Source: Saccostrea cucullata
Taxonomy: Eukaryota
DNA: 64,000 nucleotides
Direction: 5' to 3'
NCBI RefSeq assembly: GCF_032062105.1
Contig: NW_026929220.1
Location: forward strand, 62,001-126,000
Below the pieces are notes generated by a model. It searched no databases and was not told the DNA's origin. It saw only the letters and a list, made by a program, of their open reading frames with translations. Shown here piece after piece: positions 38,535 to 51,232 of this stretch; positions within the stretch are counted from its first letter, which is position 1, and each line of letters begins with the position of its first letter. The translations under genes were made by a program, and so were the position numbers.

Positions 38535-40390
38535 TATATTGGATTCCGAAACTTCATAAGAATCCATACAAACAAAGATACATTGCAGCTTCCAGTTAAT
38601 GTTCAATCAAGCCTCTTTCTTTACTTCTAGCTAAGATATTGACAGTAGTGAAGGGAAAACTTCAAGAGTACTGTGCAACAGTATATTCAAGAAGTAGTGT
38701 GAATCAGATGTGGATACTCAAAAGAACTTTTGTACAATTTGAAATCACAAGATTTTACCAAAATCAACAGCGACTTTTAAACTTTATACACAACTATTTC
38801 CCACGATAAATTAAAGTCCAGGCTATTTGATATTATTAACAACTGCTTTTTCAAAAATTAATTGGACTCTTGAATTTAGTTACTTGGTCATTGGTCATTT
38901 TCAAAATTATTTTGTTAAAACACATTCTGATTGCAAACACAAGTACTCTGCAGTTGACATCAAAAAGATGTTTGAGTTTCTGATTGACAATATCCATGTG
39001 GTTGTGGAGACCAGGTCCTCCAACAATCCATTGGAATTCCCATGGATACGAATTGTCCTCTATTATTAGCAGACATGTATTGTATTCATATGAAGCATAA
39101 TTTGTGCAAATCTTGTGCGTGAAAAGAAGAAATCACTTGCTGAACAATTCTATATTTAGATTTATTTTATAGCTAATAAATAGTCTCTAATAAAATACTG
39201 CCTAAACTCTAGAGAATTTTAGCGTTCAATATTTTTACGTTTTATTGATCGTTGAATTTGTATTACGTATACGAGTATGTCCAAAACATTCTGAATACGA
39301 GCGTTCAATATTGAACCGTTGTAAACAAAAAAAGTCGTCTGGTCAAATTTTCAGAGCCAAATTAAAGAAAAGAAGTGGCATCTGAGTAAGATGTTTTATT
39401 TTTTACAAATTAAATATGTATTAGACTCATTAAAACCTAAATAAGCAAATCATAACGCTCGGTATGGTCATCGGAATGATACGATATTGAACACTTACAG
39501 CACAGGCGTTAATTTCAATACTAAAAAATCATTAATATGAGTGATTTTTTTAGTTGGAATAATTATCATTTGTTTTAACTATATAATAAAGGAGTTATTG
39601 AGCTTATATTGGTGAATATTGGCAAGCTCGTGCATTTGTACAGCCAACTTGTGCCAATATTCACCAATACAAGTTTAAGATCCCTATAATATCAACGACG
39701 TATTGTCAATAAACGATGTTAATTTCCTTTCCTATGTCGATACGATATATCCTTGTGAGCTTGAGATGAAAGATATCAAAGATCTAGAGTCTGACGCATC
39801 TGCTTCATACTTGGATATTTTACTTAAAAGACGTTAATGGTAATCTAACAACCAAGCTCCATGATAAACGTGGTGACTTTAACATTTCTATTGTCAACTT
39901 TCCTCATTTATGCAGCAATATATCTCAATCACCTGCATACGACCTTTACCTATATCAGTTGATTCGATACGCAAGAGCATGCTCTACATATGAACAATTT
40001 CTAAAACGAGGTAAATTATTGACAAACAAGTTGAAGAAACAAGAATATCAGCAGTCTCGTTTAAAGTCATCATTTCGTAAAGTCTTTGATCGATACAATG
40101 ACCTTGTCAGCAAATACAGCTTATCATTGAGTCAATTGCTGACTGACGTTTTTCATACTAATTGTTCGTCCATTATTTATACATTGAATTGACGACGGAT
40201 TTTTCCGTTATTTGTCGATCATGAAAAGGAGCAAGCGGCGAGTGTGACCGGTCAGCAGGGGATGCTCACTCCTCCATGGCACCTGATCCAACCTCTGATG
40301 CTTTAGACGTCAGTGTTTGCTCTGAACTTATTTCATATTGTTTTATGGTCTTTGATATTGAATACTGTTCGCTATCCCCATATCCTTCAT
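38535..40390 (+). mobile_element. Penelope-like retroelement RT (degenerate, interrupted at ~39150-39690) with 3' tail
   Basis: YWIPKLHKNPYKQRYIA, YSRS.VNQMWILK, TLYTTI.HDKLKSRL, FLIDNI, GIPM.TNC, IYP.ELE.KD, ASYLDI, DKR.DFN.SIVNFP, and LIRYARACSTYEQFLKRGKLLTNKL (ORF 39959-40192); many frameshifts. Confidence 0.8.
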
Positions 40391-40410
40391 TACCGTCTGA
40401 ATGGTAGATT

Positions 40411-41138
40411 TTTAGGTCATGTGACCTATTGCTACCTGCTTTCGTCCGTCGTCGTGCGGTGTGCGTCGTGCTTCGTGCGTCGTGTGTTAACATTTGAACA
40501 TTTTTAGCTTCTTCTCTGCAACCACTCAACCGATTTCCACCAAATTCAGCATAAAGAATCTATAGGTCAAGGGAAACAAAAATTATGAATTTCATGGTCC
40601 CTGCCCCCCTGGGGCCTGAGGGGTGGGGCAAAAACCACTAAAATTAATGCAATCTTTAAAAATCTTCTTCTTTACTCCTGGACATCAAGCAGTCAAACTG
40701 TTAGCATGAATGTAATGACCATTGAGTCTTCTACCAAAATTGTGAAATTCATGGCCCCGGGTCCAGAGGTTCTAGTGCTAGGGCAGGGCTCTATTGATGA
40801 TATAGTGAAAATGCATTATTTCTTTCAAAATCTTCTTCTCTGCTCCTGGGTTTTAAATAATCTTACTAAGTACATAATTATGATGAGAAAGTATGCCTCT
40901 TTCCAAAATTGTGAATTTTATGGCCCTGGGGTCAGGGGTTCTGGTGTTAGGGCGGGGCTCTATTATGATTATAGAGAGAAAATGCAGAAATTCTTTGAAA
41001 ATCTTCTTCTCTGTTCCTGGGTATTAAACAAACTAACTAAGTATATAGTTATGATAAGCAAGAATGTCTCTTCCAAAATTGTGAATTTTATTGCCCCAGG
41101 GTCAGGGGTTCTGGTGTTAGGGCGGGGCTCTATTGATT

Positions 41139-41180
<42 letters not shown>

Positions 41181-42304
41181 GCTCCTGGGTTTTAAACAAA
41201 CTAACTAAGTATATAGTTATGATGAGGAAGAATGCCTCTTCCAAAATTGTGAATTTTATGGCCCCAGGGTCAGGGGTTCAGGTGTTAGGACGGGGCTCTA
41301 TAATGATTATATAGTGAAAATGCAGAAATTCTTTGAGAATCTTCTTCTCTGCTCATGGGTATTAAAGAAACTAGCTAAGTATATAGTTATGATGAGGAAG
41401 AATGCCTCTTCCAAAATTGTTAATTTTATGGCCCCAGGGTCAGGGGTTCTGGTGTTAGTGGGTGCTCTATTGATTATATGGTGAAAATGCATTATTTCTT
41501 TCAAAATCTTCTTCTCTGCTCCTGGGTATTAAACAAACTAACTAAGTACATAGTTATGATGAGGAAGAATGCCTCTTCCAAAATTGTGAATTTTATGGCC
41601 CCAGGGTCAGGGGTTCTGGTGTTAGGGCGGGGCTCTATTGATTATACTGTGAAAATACATTACATCTTTGAAAATCTTCTTCTCTGCTCCTGGATATTAA
41701 ATAAACTAACTAAGTACATAATTATGATTAGGAAGAATGCCTCTTCGGAGATTGTGAATTTTATGACCCCAGGACAAGGGGTTCCGGTGTTAGGGTGGGT
41801 CTCTATTGATTATATAGAGAAAATGCAGAAATTCTTTGAAAATCTTCTTCTCTGCTCCTTGGTATTAAGCAGATGAAGTACCAACATACCTATGATGAGC
41901 AACAGTCATTCTTCGTGAATTGTGAATTTCAAGGCCCCTGGGTCAAGGGTACCATGGGGGCGGTCTACTTATATACTGAAAATGAATTAATTGATTGAAA
42001 TCCCTCCTTGATATTGATTAAACATTTTTGATAAGTAAGGGTGCCTTTTCCAAACTCGTGAAGAGTCAGGGGTTTATGTGTGGTTGTGGCACTACTGAAA
42101 ATGGATTTTTTTGTTCCCCTAGTCTGTCTATGGGTATTAAGTAACCAAAGTAAGCATGCTAAGTGTATAGTTATGATAAGCAATGGTGCCTCTTTCAAAA
42201 TTGTGAATGCCATGACATCTAATTTAAAACATAAACCAAATTCAATCGTTGGAAAGTTGTTGCATGATGCTCAGGTGTCCTATAAGGCCCATGGGCCTCT
42301 TGTT
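40411..42304 (+). mobile_element. HINE/Helentron non-autonomous element with ~7 tandem 167-170-bp satellite monomers (Cg170-like)
   Basis: 5' TTAGGTCA..TGACCTATTGC, (CGT/GTCC) microsatellite, monomers starting CCAAAATTGTGAA at 40734, 40903, 41073, 41241, 41411 and 41578; 3' palindrome GGCCCATGGGCC followed by TCTTGTT at ~42286-42304. Confidence 0.85.
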
Positions 42305-42430
42305 AAAAGCATTATCTCTATTTTTGCTTCAATTAATGTTTGTTTTTTTTTTTTTCGCATGGATTAGAATGGAATTGGAACACATGCTTATCTAGGTTTA
42401 TAGAGGCCTCATCATTCATTTCCTTTTTAT

Positions 42431-43255
42431 ATTATTTAATTTCTATAAATTATTTGATTCTGATTGGATACAAAAATGTTTTGTAACGTTCATAAATAGA
42501 ATCTGGAGTACACTCGCACTAAACAGCAGGAACTACTTTTACTGTCTTTATATATATATATTTCCCAGTTCCAGATTACTTTTTGAAGGAATGATAAATA
42601 GTTTAACTTTAATAGATATCATCGTAAATTAAGAAACTTGTCCATTAAGTTCCTGACTTATTTTCTACTTTCGTTTCTTTTATAATTATCCCCCTTTGCT
42701 AAAGAAATCAAATCGTCAGCAGGGCAGCAATGCAGTTATTGGAAAGGTTAGAAGGAAGGAAATCAGCATACTCATGTTAATGTTGTGTCTTTGAGATAAC
42801 TGGTATGAACAAAAGAACTGTGAAGTAATGTTTTATGCTATTAAGGGAAATGTCGTTAATCTGTTAAATTTTAGGAAACTAATGATCGAGAAAAACAACA
42901 CCGCATGAATGTGAACAGAATTATTTCAATCTTAAACAGTTGGTAACAGAATTTTTCAGATTTTACAGCATTGACAGGTTGTTTTAAATTACGTATTTGT
43001 ATTTTCGGTTTGAAATTCAAAAGAAAAGATAAGCCATTTTGAATTCAGCAACATCAACTTTGTTGTGATATTTTCATACGCACTGTTTTTGATGCGTAAA
43101 TTTCATAGTAAAGTGAAAGAAAGTTTCATTTTATTAATTTAAAGTCATAATTAAATGATAAGAAATGAATGTAATATTTTTTTGAATTTTGATCGATGTA
43201 TCAAAGAAAAAAATTGAACGGAAAAAAGTTTTCATCACTGCGTTACACGCATTGA
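42431..43255. mobile_element. Inverted copy of the 25.5-26.6-kb hairpin element (hairpin truncated)
   Basis: GATTCTGATTGGAT...TTCTACTTTCGTTTC...CCCCCTTTGCTAAA...TAAGAAATGAATGTAATATTTT...GATCGATGTATCAAAG is the reverse complement of 25590-26635. Confidence 0.7.
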
Positions 43256-43741
43256 GAGAACAGTTCACATTGTAGCATCGTCCACTGGAAAAAATTTACA
43301 TTTTTGTGGTTTTAGGACCCTTGTTTTTCTTAATATGCTAGTTCAACTCTGTTTCAGTATATATATTGTATATTTATACTTTGCAAACTTTGTCTATAAA
43401 AAAAAGACCATTATTCCATTATATGTATATGCACCACAAAAAAAAATTTTTAATCGAAAAAAAGAAATTTGAAATTCTTTTTAATACATTGGCATAAATA
43501 TGTAAACAATTGATGTATTCAACAAATATAGACAATTATGTTTCTTTGTTATTTTTGAAATACCTATTGTTAATTGTTGTTATTTATAAAAAATCAAGTG
43601 ATATTAATTGTTACGTCCCTAACAAAAAAAAACCTATTTAATATTAAATCATTAAAAAGTTTTCACTATAGGAAATCAAAGTTCCAACGTTTTTACTACA
43701 ATAAATCAAAGTTTTTTTTTATCATGCACATCTAATGTATA

Positions 43742-44792
43742 CGAGGGGTTATCAAAAAGTTCGTGGACTGAGGCTATAAAATTAGAACTATATAGTTTGT
43801 TCTTTCGAAATTTATAAGGAGCATAAAACAACAAAAATTAAAGAAATGTTGAAAATTTTAGCTAGATACGTTCATAATTAGCTAAATTATTACAAAATAA
43901 AAATGACATTATATGATCATCTGGCGCTGTCGCCGTTTAGTTTCATGACGTCCGACAACGTCATTGTTTTTCATTGTCGTCTTCTTCTACGTCCTTCACT
44001 TATTTTGATGAGATTCACTAGAGCTGAGTAAGGACTTGAACCCGTCTTGTTTATATGAATTTACAATGTCATGCACAGCGGGTTTCAATGCATATATTAT
44101 CGCAAATGGATTTTTACACTGGAAGAGATCCTGGCTTGATTATGCAAGCATATTTGATTTTTGGAGCTCAACAGCTGCAACACATGATCAACGTCATTTT
44201 TGACGTCATTGATTTTTCACATTTGACTTCAAATTGACATTAACTTTGCATCACTTTTCTCTTCGAATTTATTTTGGCATTAAAAATCAAATACTCTGGA
44301 TGCATATTATTTCTTCATAGCAAGTTAAAACATTTCCTAGGTCTATACTGGTTTTTTCAGGGGCAAAGCTTCAAAGAATGTTGGAAAAAGAAACCCCTCC
44401 CCTTTTTGAGGTCATTTTCAAGCCTTATTTGCTCGGAGATCATGTTGAATTTATGATAAAATTCATAGAACTTCCAGAATGAGGCAAAAATTCCACATTT
44501 TATGGAACAATAGTGTCCAAACGCATACCTGAATCAAAGGGCTTTTTGGAAACCAAGTGTACATATCGAGTTTTTCTCAGTTACACATAAGTCGTTTTCG
44601 AGGTTGCGCCGCCTGGACATACCATTGCTTTCGAAAACATTACTAATTTATTAAAGAATAAAAATTATGACTTAGGATTTTTTCTGTAGATAGAAAAGAT
44701 GATGTTAAATAGAATCTTTTAAAAATCATTGATATACCTAAAGTCGTTTTAATTTAATGGTGCTAGTTCACGGACTTTTTGATACCCCCTCG
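43742..44792. mobile_element. Mariner-type MITE (~1.05 kb) with TA target duplication
   Basis: TA|CGAGGGGTTATCAAAAAGTTCGTGGA ... TTCACGGACTTTTTGATACCCCCTCG|TA; no transposase ORF. Confidence 0.85.
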
Positions 44793-45012
44793 TATTTATT
44801 GATCTTTTTATTTTTATTTTTTTTTGGTTATTTAAATGTTTAAGGGGGTCAATATGGGGTTGTTTGGGGCTGGTTTCTGTTGTGCATTTTATTTAATAAT
44901 AAAAAGTAGTTAATTCAATGCAATATTTACATTAAAAGATAAAAGGAAAATTAATATATATTATATGTGTTTTGATAATTTATTCATGACTTTTTCCTAA
45001 ATACATTAGTTA

Positions 45013-45240
45013 AAGAATTCAATTCTGTTTTCATTACCAAGTACTACTAGATAAAAAAAATACTGCAAATGAAGACTAATTTTTTTTTAATAAATAGTTG
45101 AAAATTTGAAGAAATAAAAATGTATTCAAGTATTCAATTCTGTTTTCATTACCAAAAACTACTACATAAAAAAAATCTTGCAAATGAAGACTCAAAATGT
45201 TTTTGAAATAAATAGTTGAAAATTTGAAGAAAAGAAAATG
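45013..45240. repeat. Two-copy ~115-bp tandem repeat
   Basis: ATTCAATTCTGTTTTCATTACCAA...TGCAAATGAAGACT...TAAATAGTTGAAAATTTGAAGAAA occurs twice. Confidence 0.8.
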
Positions 45241-47095
45241 AAAAGAAATGCAGCTGGAAAATTCAGTCTAAGTCTGTTTCATAAACCTGGGGCCTGATCT
45301 TCAAATAGATTGCTGTAAATTGGATGGGAACTTATTGTGCTTCCAAGCTGACCCGATATTATTTACAGGAAGCAGACTTTATTCAAAAACTTTTACATCA
45401 TCAGAAGAAGATAGCATTTGATTTGACCTTCATCTCGAAATTTAGATATGTCGGTATTATATAATCAATTCACAATAGCTACTTTTATTCAAATATTGAA
45501 CATGTTGAACTTAAAGTGAAAGTCTTGAAACCACAAACTATTATAAAAAAGAAAAAAAATCCTTTTATCAAATGCTTCACACATAGCTTTGACATATTTT
45601 AAATATATCATTTGTGAGTATACACAATTTGACATTATCACTTTTTACATATACTGAGTACACGATCTAAATTCACATGATAACAATTTCATAATAATAC
45701 ATGTAACAAGCATCTACTTTAAAAGGAGTAAATAGGATTGACATAACTATTTTATAACATTTCCTTTAGTACATAAAATAAATTATTATTTTTATTTTAA
45801 TACAATACGTATCTTGCGACAGTTGTTTCTTCTACATTATTGTAAATTGCTCAGTCTAAGTAGATAAAAAAAATCATGATTAAGTGGATAATGCAAAATA
45901 GAACGTAATTCATAACTAATCACATTCACAAAAGTAACACATATAATCAAAAATTAATTTGTTTCAACCTTATTCACATAACGACAAAATGCATTTGTTT
46001 AATCAGTCAGATAAATAAAAACCCAAACTCATGTAATCTGTATTTTAAACATAGTATTTATAAAGAATAATCTTGCATTATTTAAATATGTAACGTGTGG
46101 TCTGAAGTATGTGTTCCAATATCATCGAGACCAAAATTTTCACCCCTATTGTTCACCTACTGTGTTAAAATGAAAGAGAAGAAATTAATGATAAATATTT
46201 CCGTATGCTAGTAAAGCATGATTACATTTTCCTTGTCACAGCTTTTCAATGCCCATTATATGACATCTATTGTACATTTCAACAGAAACTACTGTTTTAT
46301 TGTAATGTTCGTACAAAGCATAACACATTAGAGGCATTTTAGCTCAATATTAATTTTTGTGTGATCAAGCAGCCATTGGTTGATGAAGCTTGATTAGAAC
46401 TACGAACCGTGGTTTGGGACTATGGTAAATCAGGCAATTTTATTTAGAATAATTTCTAGTATGTTTTCTGATATGTTACTTTATTTCCGACATTACTTCC
46501 TTGTATTCCAGAATCTTAGATCTTCTAAATAAACTGTCACTACTTCTACATGCATTCAAAATTCTTTTTGTTCTCTCTAGAACAGAAACGCCCATCTTAT
46601 CTAAATCAGCATGGTTTTCTTCACTCCTCCACTTCCCAAACCAAGGGTAACTTCCCAGCTCAGACCTAGCAATCGCATCAGCCCCCAACTCTAGCAGAAG
46701 CCTCACTTTCTCGACTCTGTCATTAGTAAAAACATCATCAATCACTGTATGGTGCAGTGGTCTTATATCAGATTCACTAAAAGCCCATTCCCCCTTGTAC
46801 ACATGTATCAGCTGATCTTTATCTAAACCAACACAGAGAAGATGATTCAAAACACAAGAGTTCTCACGTACAATTGCTTTCCACCAACTTCCACCCATTT
46901 CCATATGCCTGACCCGTCTTTTTCTCACTACCACATTATCCTGACTGTCTGCCATTACATCAGTATTTCGTATGTCAACAAGGATGTTAAATAGGTGTAA
47001 ATTAACATCTTTTAGTTATGTGTGATTCAATTAACGGATTTATTACGTTTACTCTGTTCATTACTATTTCTCAATAAAGTGTGGATACATTGATA

Positions 47096-48268
47096 TCAAC
47101 TTTTTTGTTCAAAGCATGCACCATTTTCAGTTAGGATTTTTAAAACAGAGGGATTATGTAATGATGCAATCATAATTGGCGTCTCGCTTTTCATATTTGG
47201 CAAATCAACAACAGACCCGGATTTTATTAGCATTTTTACTACAAGTGTATGTCCACCCCTACAAGCTGCTGTAAGCGGTGTGTCATATTTACCCTGTTGA
47301 TTGACATCTGCCCCAACTTTAATTAGTTCCTCAACAATGCGTAAAAGTCCTTCTTTACTAGCCATAACTAATGGTGCAGACCAACTTTCTGCTGCACCTC
47401 CCTGATTGAGTAAGGCACCAATTTTACTTACATACTGCAACATTATTTGTAAAGTTTCCACATCACCACTCAAACAACTAAGAAGAAATAACCGTTTCTT
47501 TTCTCTCTGGTACTCTTTTGATTTCCTCATCAAACGCACCAAAGCTTGGAAACGATTTTCAAGAAAGATCACCGACTGTATCTCTCTGTGACTTTTGGTT
47601 TGGTCTATAATGTACTGCAGAATTTGATGATGTCCATAGTAAATGACCCAGCTGATCACCCTAAAAGTGCTCGTAAAATTTTTGCGTTTTAGTGATCTAG
47701 TATAGTTGATACCCATCAAGAGATTTACATGTTTAAATCTACATGATGTTTTCCAACTACTCAACGAATTTCCAATTTCTTCCTGCTCTGACCTCATGAA
47801 ATCTTTGTTCGACTTTCCTTGGACAAATGTCTTAACCTCATCAAAGAATTTTTCAGCATGAACACCATGAATTTGATCCAAAAACAAAGACTTTAATTCT
47901 CTATAATCTTTTCTCTTTAACACTTCAATAAAAGCCTGACACACCCCCTGATGTTTCAGAGCATCATTCATGAACACGTTATACAAGTCCATTCTTTCTA
48001 CATCTCTGTATAACCTCTCAGCTAACATTGAGTTCTGACTCTCATTATGTAATCTTATGCACAAATCAAAAGGATTTTCAGCCTTCTGAAACATGTCTTT
48101 TGTTTCCTTATTCCAGGGTTTCACACAGTTAGCAATATAAGTACTGTTCATATATTTTAACATTTGCTCGGGAAACTGCTTACCATAGTGATAAGCACAT
48201 ATTTCAAAGATAGAATCATGAATAAATGTGTACTCTGTCCCCTTTAGTTTTGTGTATGTCCCCGTCAT
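47096..48268 (-). CDS. Ankyrin-repeat-containing segment of the disabled HEPN-STAND-ANK gene
   Basis: 390-aa ORF with several ankyrin repeats, in frame with 48586-48359 across a TAA. Confidence 0.7.
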   Translation of the reverse strand: MTGTYTKLKGTEYTFIHDSIFEICAYHYGKQFPEQMLKYMNSTYIANCVKPWNKETKDMFQKAENPFDLCIRLHNESQNSMLAERLYRDVERMDLYNVFMNDALKHQGVCQAFIEVLKRKDYRELKSLFLDQIHGVHAEKFFDEVKTFVQGKSNKDFMRSEQEEIGNSLSSWKTSCRFKHVNLLMGINYTRSLKRKNFTSTFRVISWVIYYGHHQILQYIIDQTKSHREIQSVIFLENRFQALVRLMRKSKEYQREKKRLFLLSCLSGDVETLQIMLQYVSKIGALLNQGGAAESWSAPLVMASKEGLLRIVEELIKVGADVNQQGKYDTPLTAACRGGHTLVVKMLIKSGSVVDLPNMKSETPIMIASLHNPSVLKILTENGACFEQKS

Positions 48269-48609
48269 TGCTAACGACGCACTGCCGAATTTGAAAGTAT
48301 CAAAGTTGTTTTCTAATTTACAACTTTTTAAAACATCATTTTTAATGCTTGTTAAAGTTTAATTTTCTTGATCTCTTAAACATCCTTCTGAGATATGACC
48401 TCCATTCATCATACACAAAACAAGTGATCCATAATCAATTTCTTTCTCTCTTTGCATTTTGTCAAATTTACGACGGATACATGGAAGTGGTGAGATAAAA
48501 GAATTTAAACCAAAAGATGAAAATTCTGCTTGTCTTGAATAGAATTTGCAAAGAAGAGGAAACATACGAGAAACGGACGCGAGCAATGAAGGAGACAGTA
48601 GCTCGGTAT

Positions 48610-49124
48610 CTAACCATACTTTTTGAACAACAACTTTTTATCATTTTCATCTAATGCATTTTCAGTATCATGAAGCTTAATGACATTTTCCTCCTTTGTG
48701 AAAAAGGATTCATAAGGATTCATAAGGGCCTCGTTAAATACATTCTCTCTGCAAGTCATTAAAGTAATGGATTTATCCATACATGGATTTTCAATGAATT
48801 GTTGACATTCTGTCAAAAAATATAATTTTGCTTTCTCAAGGCCAAGAAGACCGACTACATCATCAATGACAAAGACCTGAGGATTTTTTGAGTCAGAGTA
48901 TTCCTCTATCTGTTTGATATGTTTTATTGGTACGACTTGGTATCCTTCTTCTGCGAGTTTGAGAGCGATGTAATGAGCTGTTGCTGATTTTCCGGATCCG
49001 GAGACACCAACAAATGTCACAAAGTGTTTAGTTTTTACCTTTTCCATCATTGAGGGGAAACTGTGGGTTTCTTGATACATGGAACATTCAACTTTCCATT
49101 CTTTTAACTTATCCTTATGTTGGA
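48610..49124 (-). CDS. STAND (nSTAND3-like) NTPase segment of the disabled gene
   Basis: FVTFVGVSGSGKSATAHYIALKL, VFVIDDVVG, LMTCRE; ends at the frameshift. Confidence 0.7.
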
Positions 49125-50174
49125 CTGAAAGAAACATAAAGTATTCAGAATTCATAATATTTTTTACTACAAATCATCAAAAGATAATTTATTATTGTCA
49201 CTATGATCAAGGATATGTCCTCTTAAGGACCCTCTCTACACATGTGCAAATTTTTTTTTTGGACTTTGAGAAAACGTCATTGTATAAAGGAGTTAATATT
49301 GAGCTTATTTATTTAGTTTTCAATGTATGATGCGTGGCATTTACCTCCGGGAAAAATGTTCAAAGACAACACTGTATCAGTGAATAGAAATCGCTGTTAA
49401 TTACTTCAATAGAGAAAATACATGTCATTAACACGTTCAGTTGATTTATCTTGGCCTTTAAAAATGTTGAGATTACTTGAATTTATTACAAATTTAAATT
49501 GAGTGATATTGTGTAAATTTTTATTTTTTAGAATTTAGATCTAAGGGCAGATCACTCTAACTGCAGAAAAATACCTTAGAATCAGCACTCTTTAGTGCGC
49601 AGTGTAGAGAGGGTTCTTAAATCAAATAAGGAAATTATACTAAACCTATAGAAAGCATGCCAAGGCCATTACATATATCAATTCTATGCCATTCAACGCA
49701 CATGGTGCTTCGAAATAATAAAACAAGAAAAACTTTCACTTCGGCTAAAATTACGTATATCTAAATGAATACAGTAATACAGACATTTGAGTTAGGTGAG
49801 CTAAAAGATAAAGCAAGATTCATTCTTTTTCGTAGTACGTTTGTAAGTCTAAAGTGAATATTATGTAAATTCACAATTCATACCTTTGACACTTGTTGGA
49901 ATGCGAGAATGCCTGAATGAAACTATGTCATCTATAAAAGAATATTTTAGAGTTACCTATTTCTGGATAATCAGTTCTATAAACTATAAAATTGAATTTA
50001 GAAATAAAGATGAATTGTCTGAAGCATAAATTGTTGAATTAAGGGCGTTTTTGTGATTTAAACCATGCTTTCATCTGAAATGAGATGAGTACATGTATTA
50101 TTTAATTTTTTTAACACAATGTCATGTCTGACAAAGGCGAAATTTTTACTTTAATGACTCTCTTCTTCTATTAT

Positions 50175-50700
50175 TTTTGTTTGCTGTTTAACGTCACTCT
50201 CAACTTTTTATTCATACAGAGACGCCACCACTTGCCGGTGGAGAACTACAAATTTTGACATTTACTCCTCACTCAGGTCCATTGAGCAGTGGAGTTTGTT
50301 TTTCGTGCCAGCACTTACTGCGATATGGGACTTCAATTTTTACAGTCTCATCCAAATGATCGGTCTCTACGTTCCATTCACAGATATGTAGGGCAGACGC
50401 TCTTACCACTGCGTCATGCAGGCGACTTAACTATCTTTAAATAGCAATTAAATGACCCAAGATGAAGGGGAACAATGTTGTAGTTTTATTTTTAAACTGG
50501 AATATATAAGGTTCGAGTTTGTGCTGGAATGATTGTATATTATTTCACGTCCCATTCAAAAATTGTCACTCATATTGAGACGTCACAATATACCGGTGAA
50601 ATGCTTCGAATGCTTTACCTTTACGCGGCACTCATGGCCATTGGGCAATGAGGGGTCTTTTTCGTGCCGCTGCCTGTCGTGACACGGGCAACTTTCAATT
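50175..50700 (-). mobile_element. Two SINE-like fragments
   Basis: Mutually similar segments (TTTAACGTC/TTTCACGTC...GAGACG.CAC...CCGGTG...GCCATTG.GCA.TG...TTTCGTGCC) at 50180-50430 and 50540-50700. Confidence 0.5.
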
Positions 50701-50719
50701 TGAAGAAACAGTTTTTTAT

Positions 50720-50925
50720 CGACTTACGTCATTCTCGGCTGAGATTATTTACCGATCATGACAAGGAGCACAGGGCGGATGTGACTGGTCAGCAGGGGAT
50801 GCTCACTCCTCCAAGGCACTTGTTCCCACCTCTGATGATTCAGAGGTCCGTGTTTGCTCTGTTCCTATTTTATATTGTTTTATGGACTTTGAGATTGAAT
50901 ACTGTTCGTTAACTCCATCTCGTTA
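50720..50925 (+). mobile_element. Penelope-like 3' tail
   Basis: GATCATGACAAGGAGCAC...GGTCAGCAGGGGATGCTCACTCCTCC...TGGACTTTGAGATTGAATACTGTTCGTT. Confidence 0.75.
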
Positions 50926-51075
50926 TTCAAACTCATGATCTCCCGATCACGGAGCGATCGCTCTACAGACTAAAATATCGTGAATGAAACAATTGTGCTT
51001 GAAAGAAAACGACAAAATCTAAATTATCTGGTATGTTTCTGCACGACTTTAACAATTTTTACCCAGTCTGATATT

Positions 51076-51232
51076 TAAGGAATCACTGTCTAGTTAGGAG
51101 AGTATGCCAGGGCATCAACAACAGTGGGAAACATGGGATAATTAGCATAACGGGCGAATGCTAAAATTATCCCATGTTTCCCACTATTGTTGATGCCCTG
51201 TCATACTCTCCTTACTAGACAGTGATTCCTTA
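51076..51232. repeat. Long inverted repeat (hairpin, ~72-bp arms)
   Basis: TAAGGAATCACTGTCTAGT..GGAGAGTATG..AGGGCATCAACAA.AGTGGGAAACATGGGATAATT...AATTATCCCATGTTTCCCACT.TTGTTGATGCCCTG.CATACTCTCC..ACTAGACAGTGATTCCTTA. Confidence 0.9.

Noticed and set aside
40706-41876. 202-aa and 132-aa ORFs with internal repeats (also 15215-15811 on the - strand)
   Set aside because: They are translations of the ~168-bp satellite monomers inside HINE elements, not genes.
40700-41950. Possible CRISPR-like array
   Set aside because: Contiguous tandem monomers with no unique spacers, in a eukaryotic context with no cas genes.
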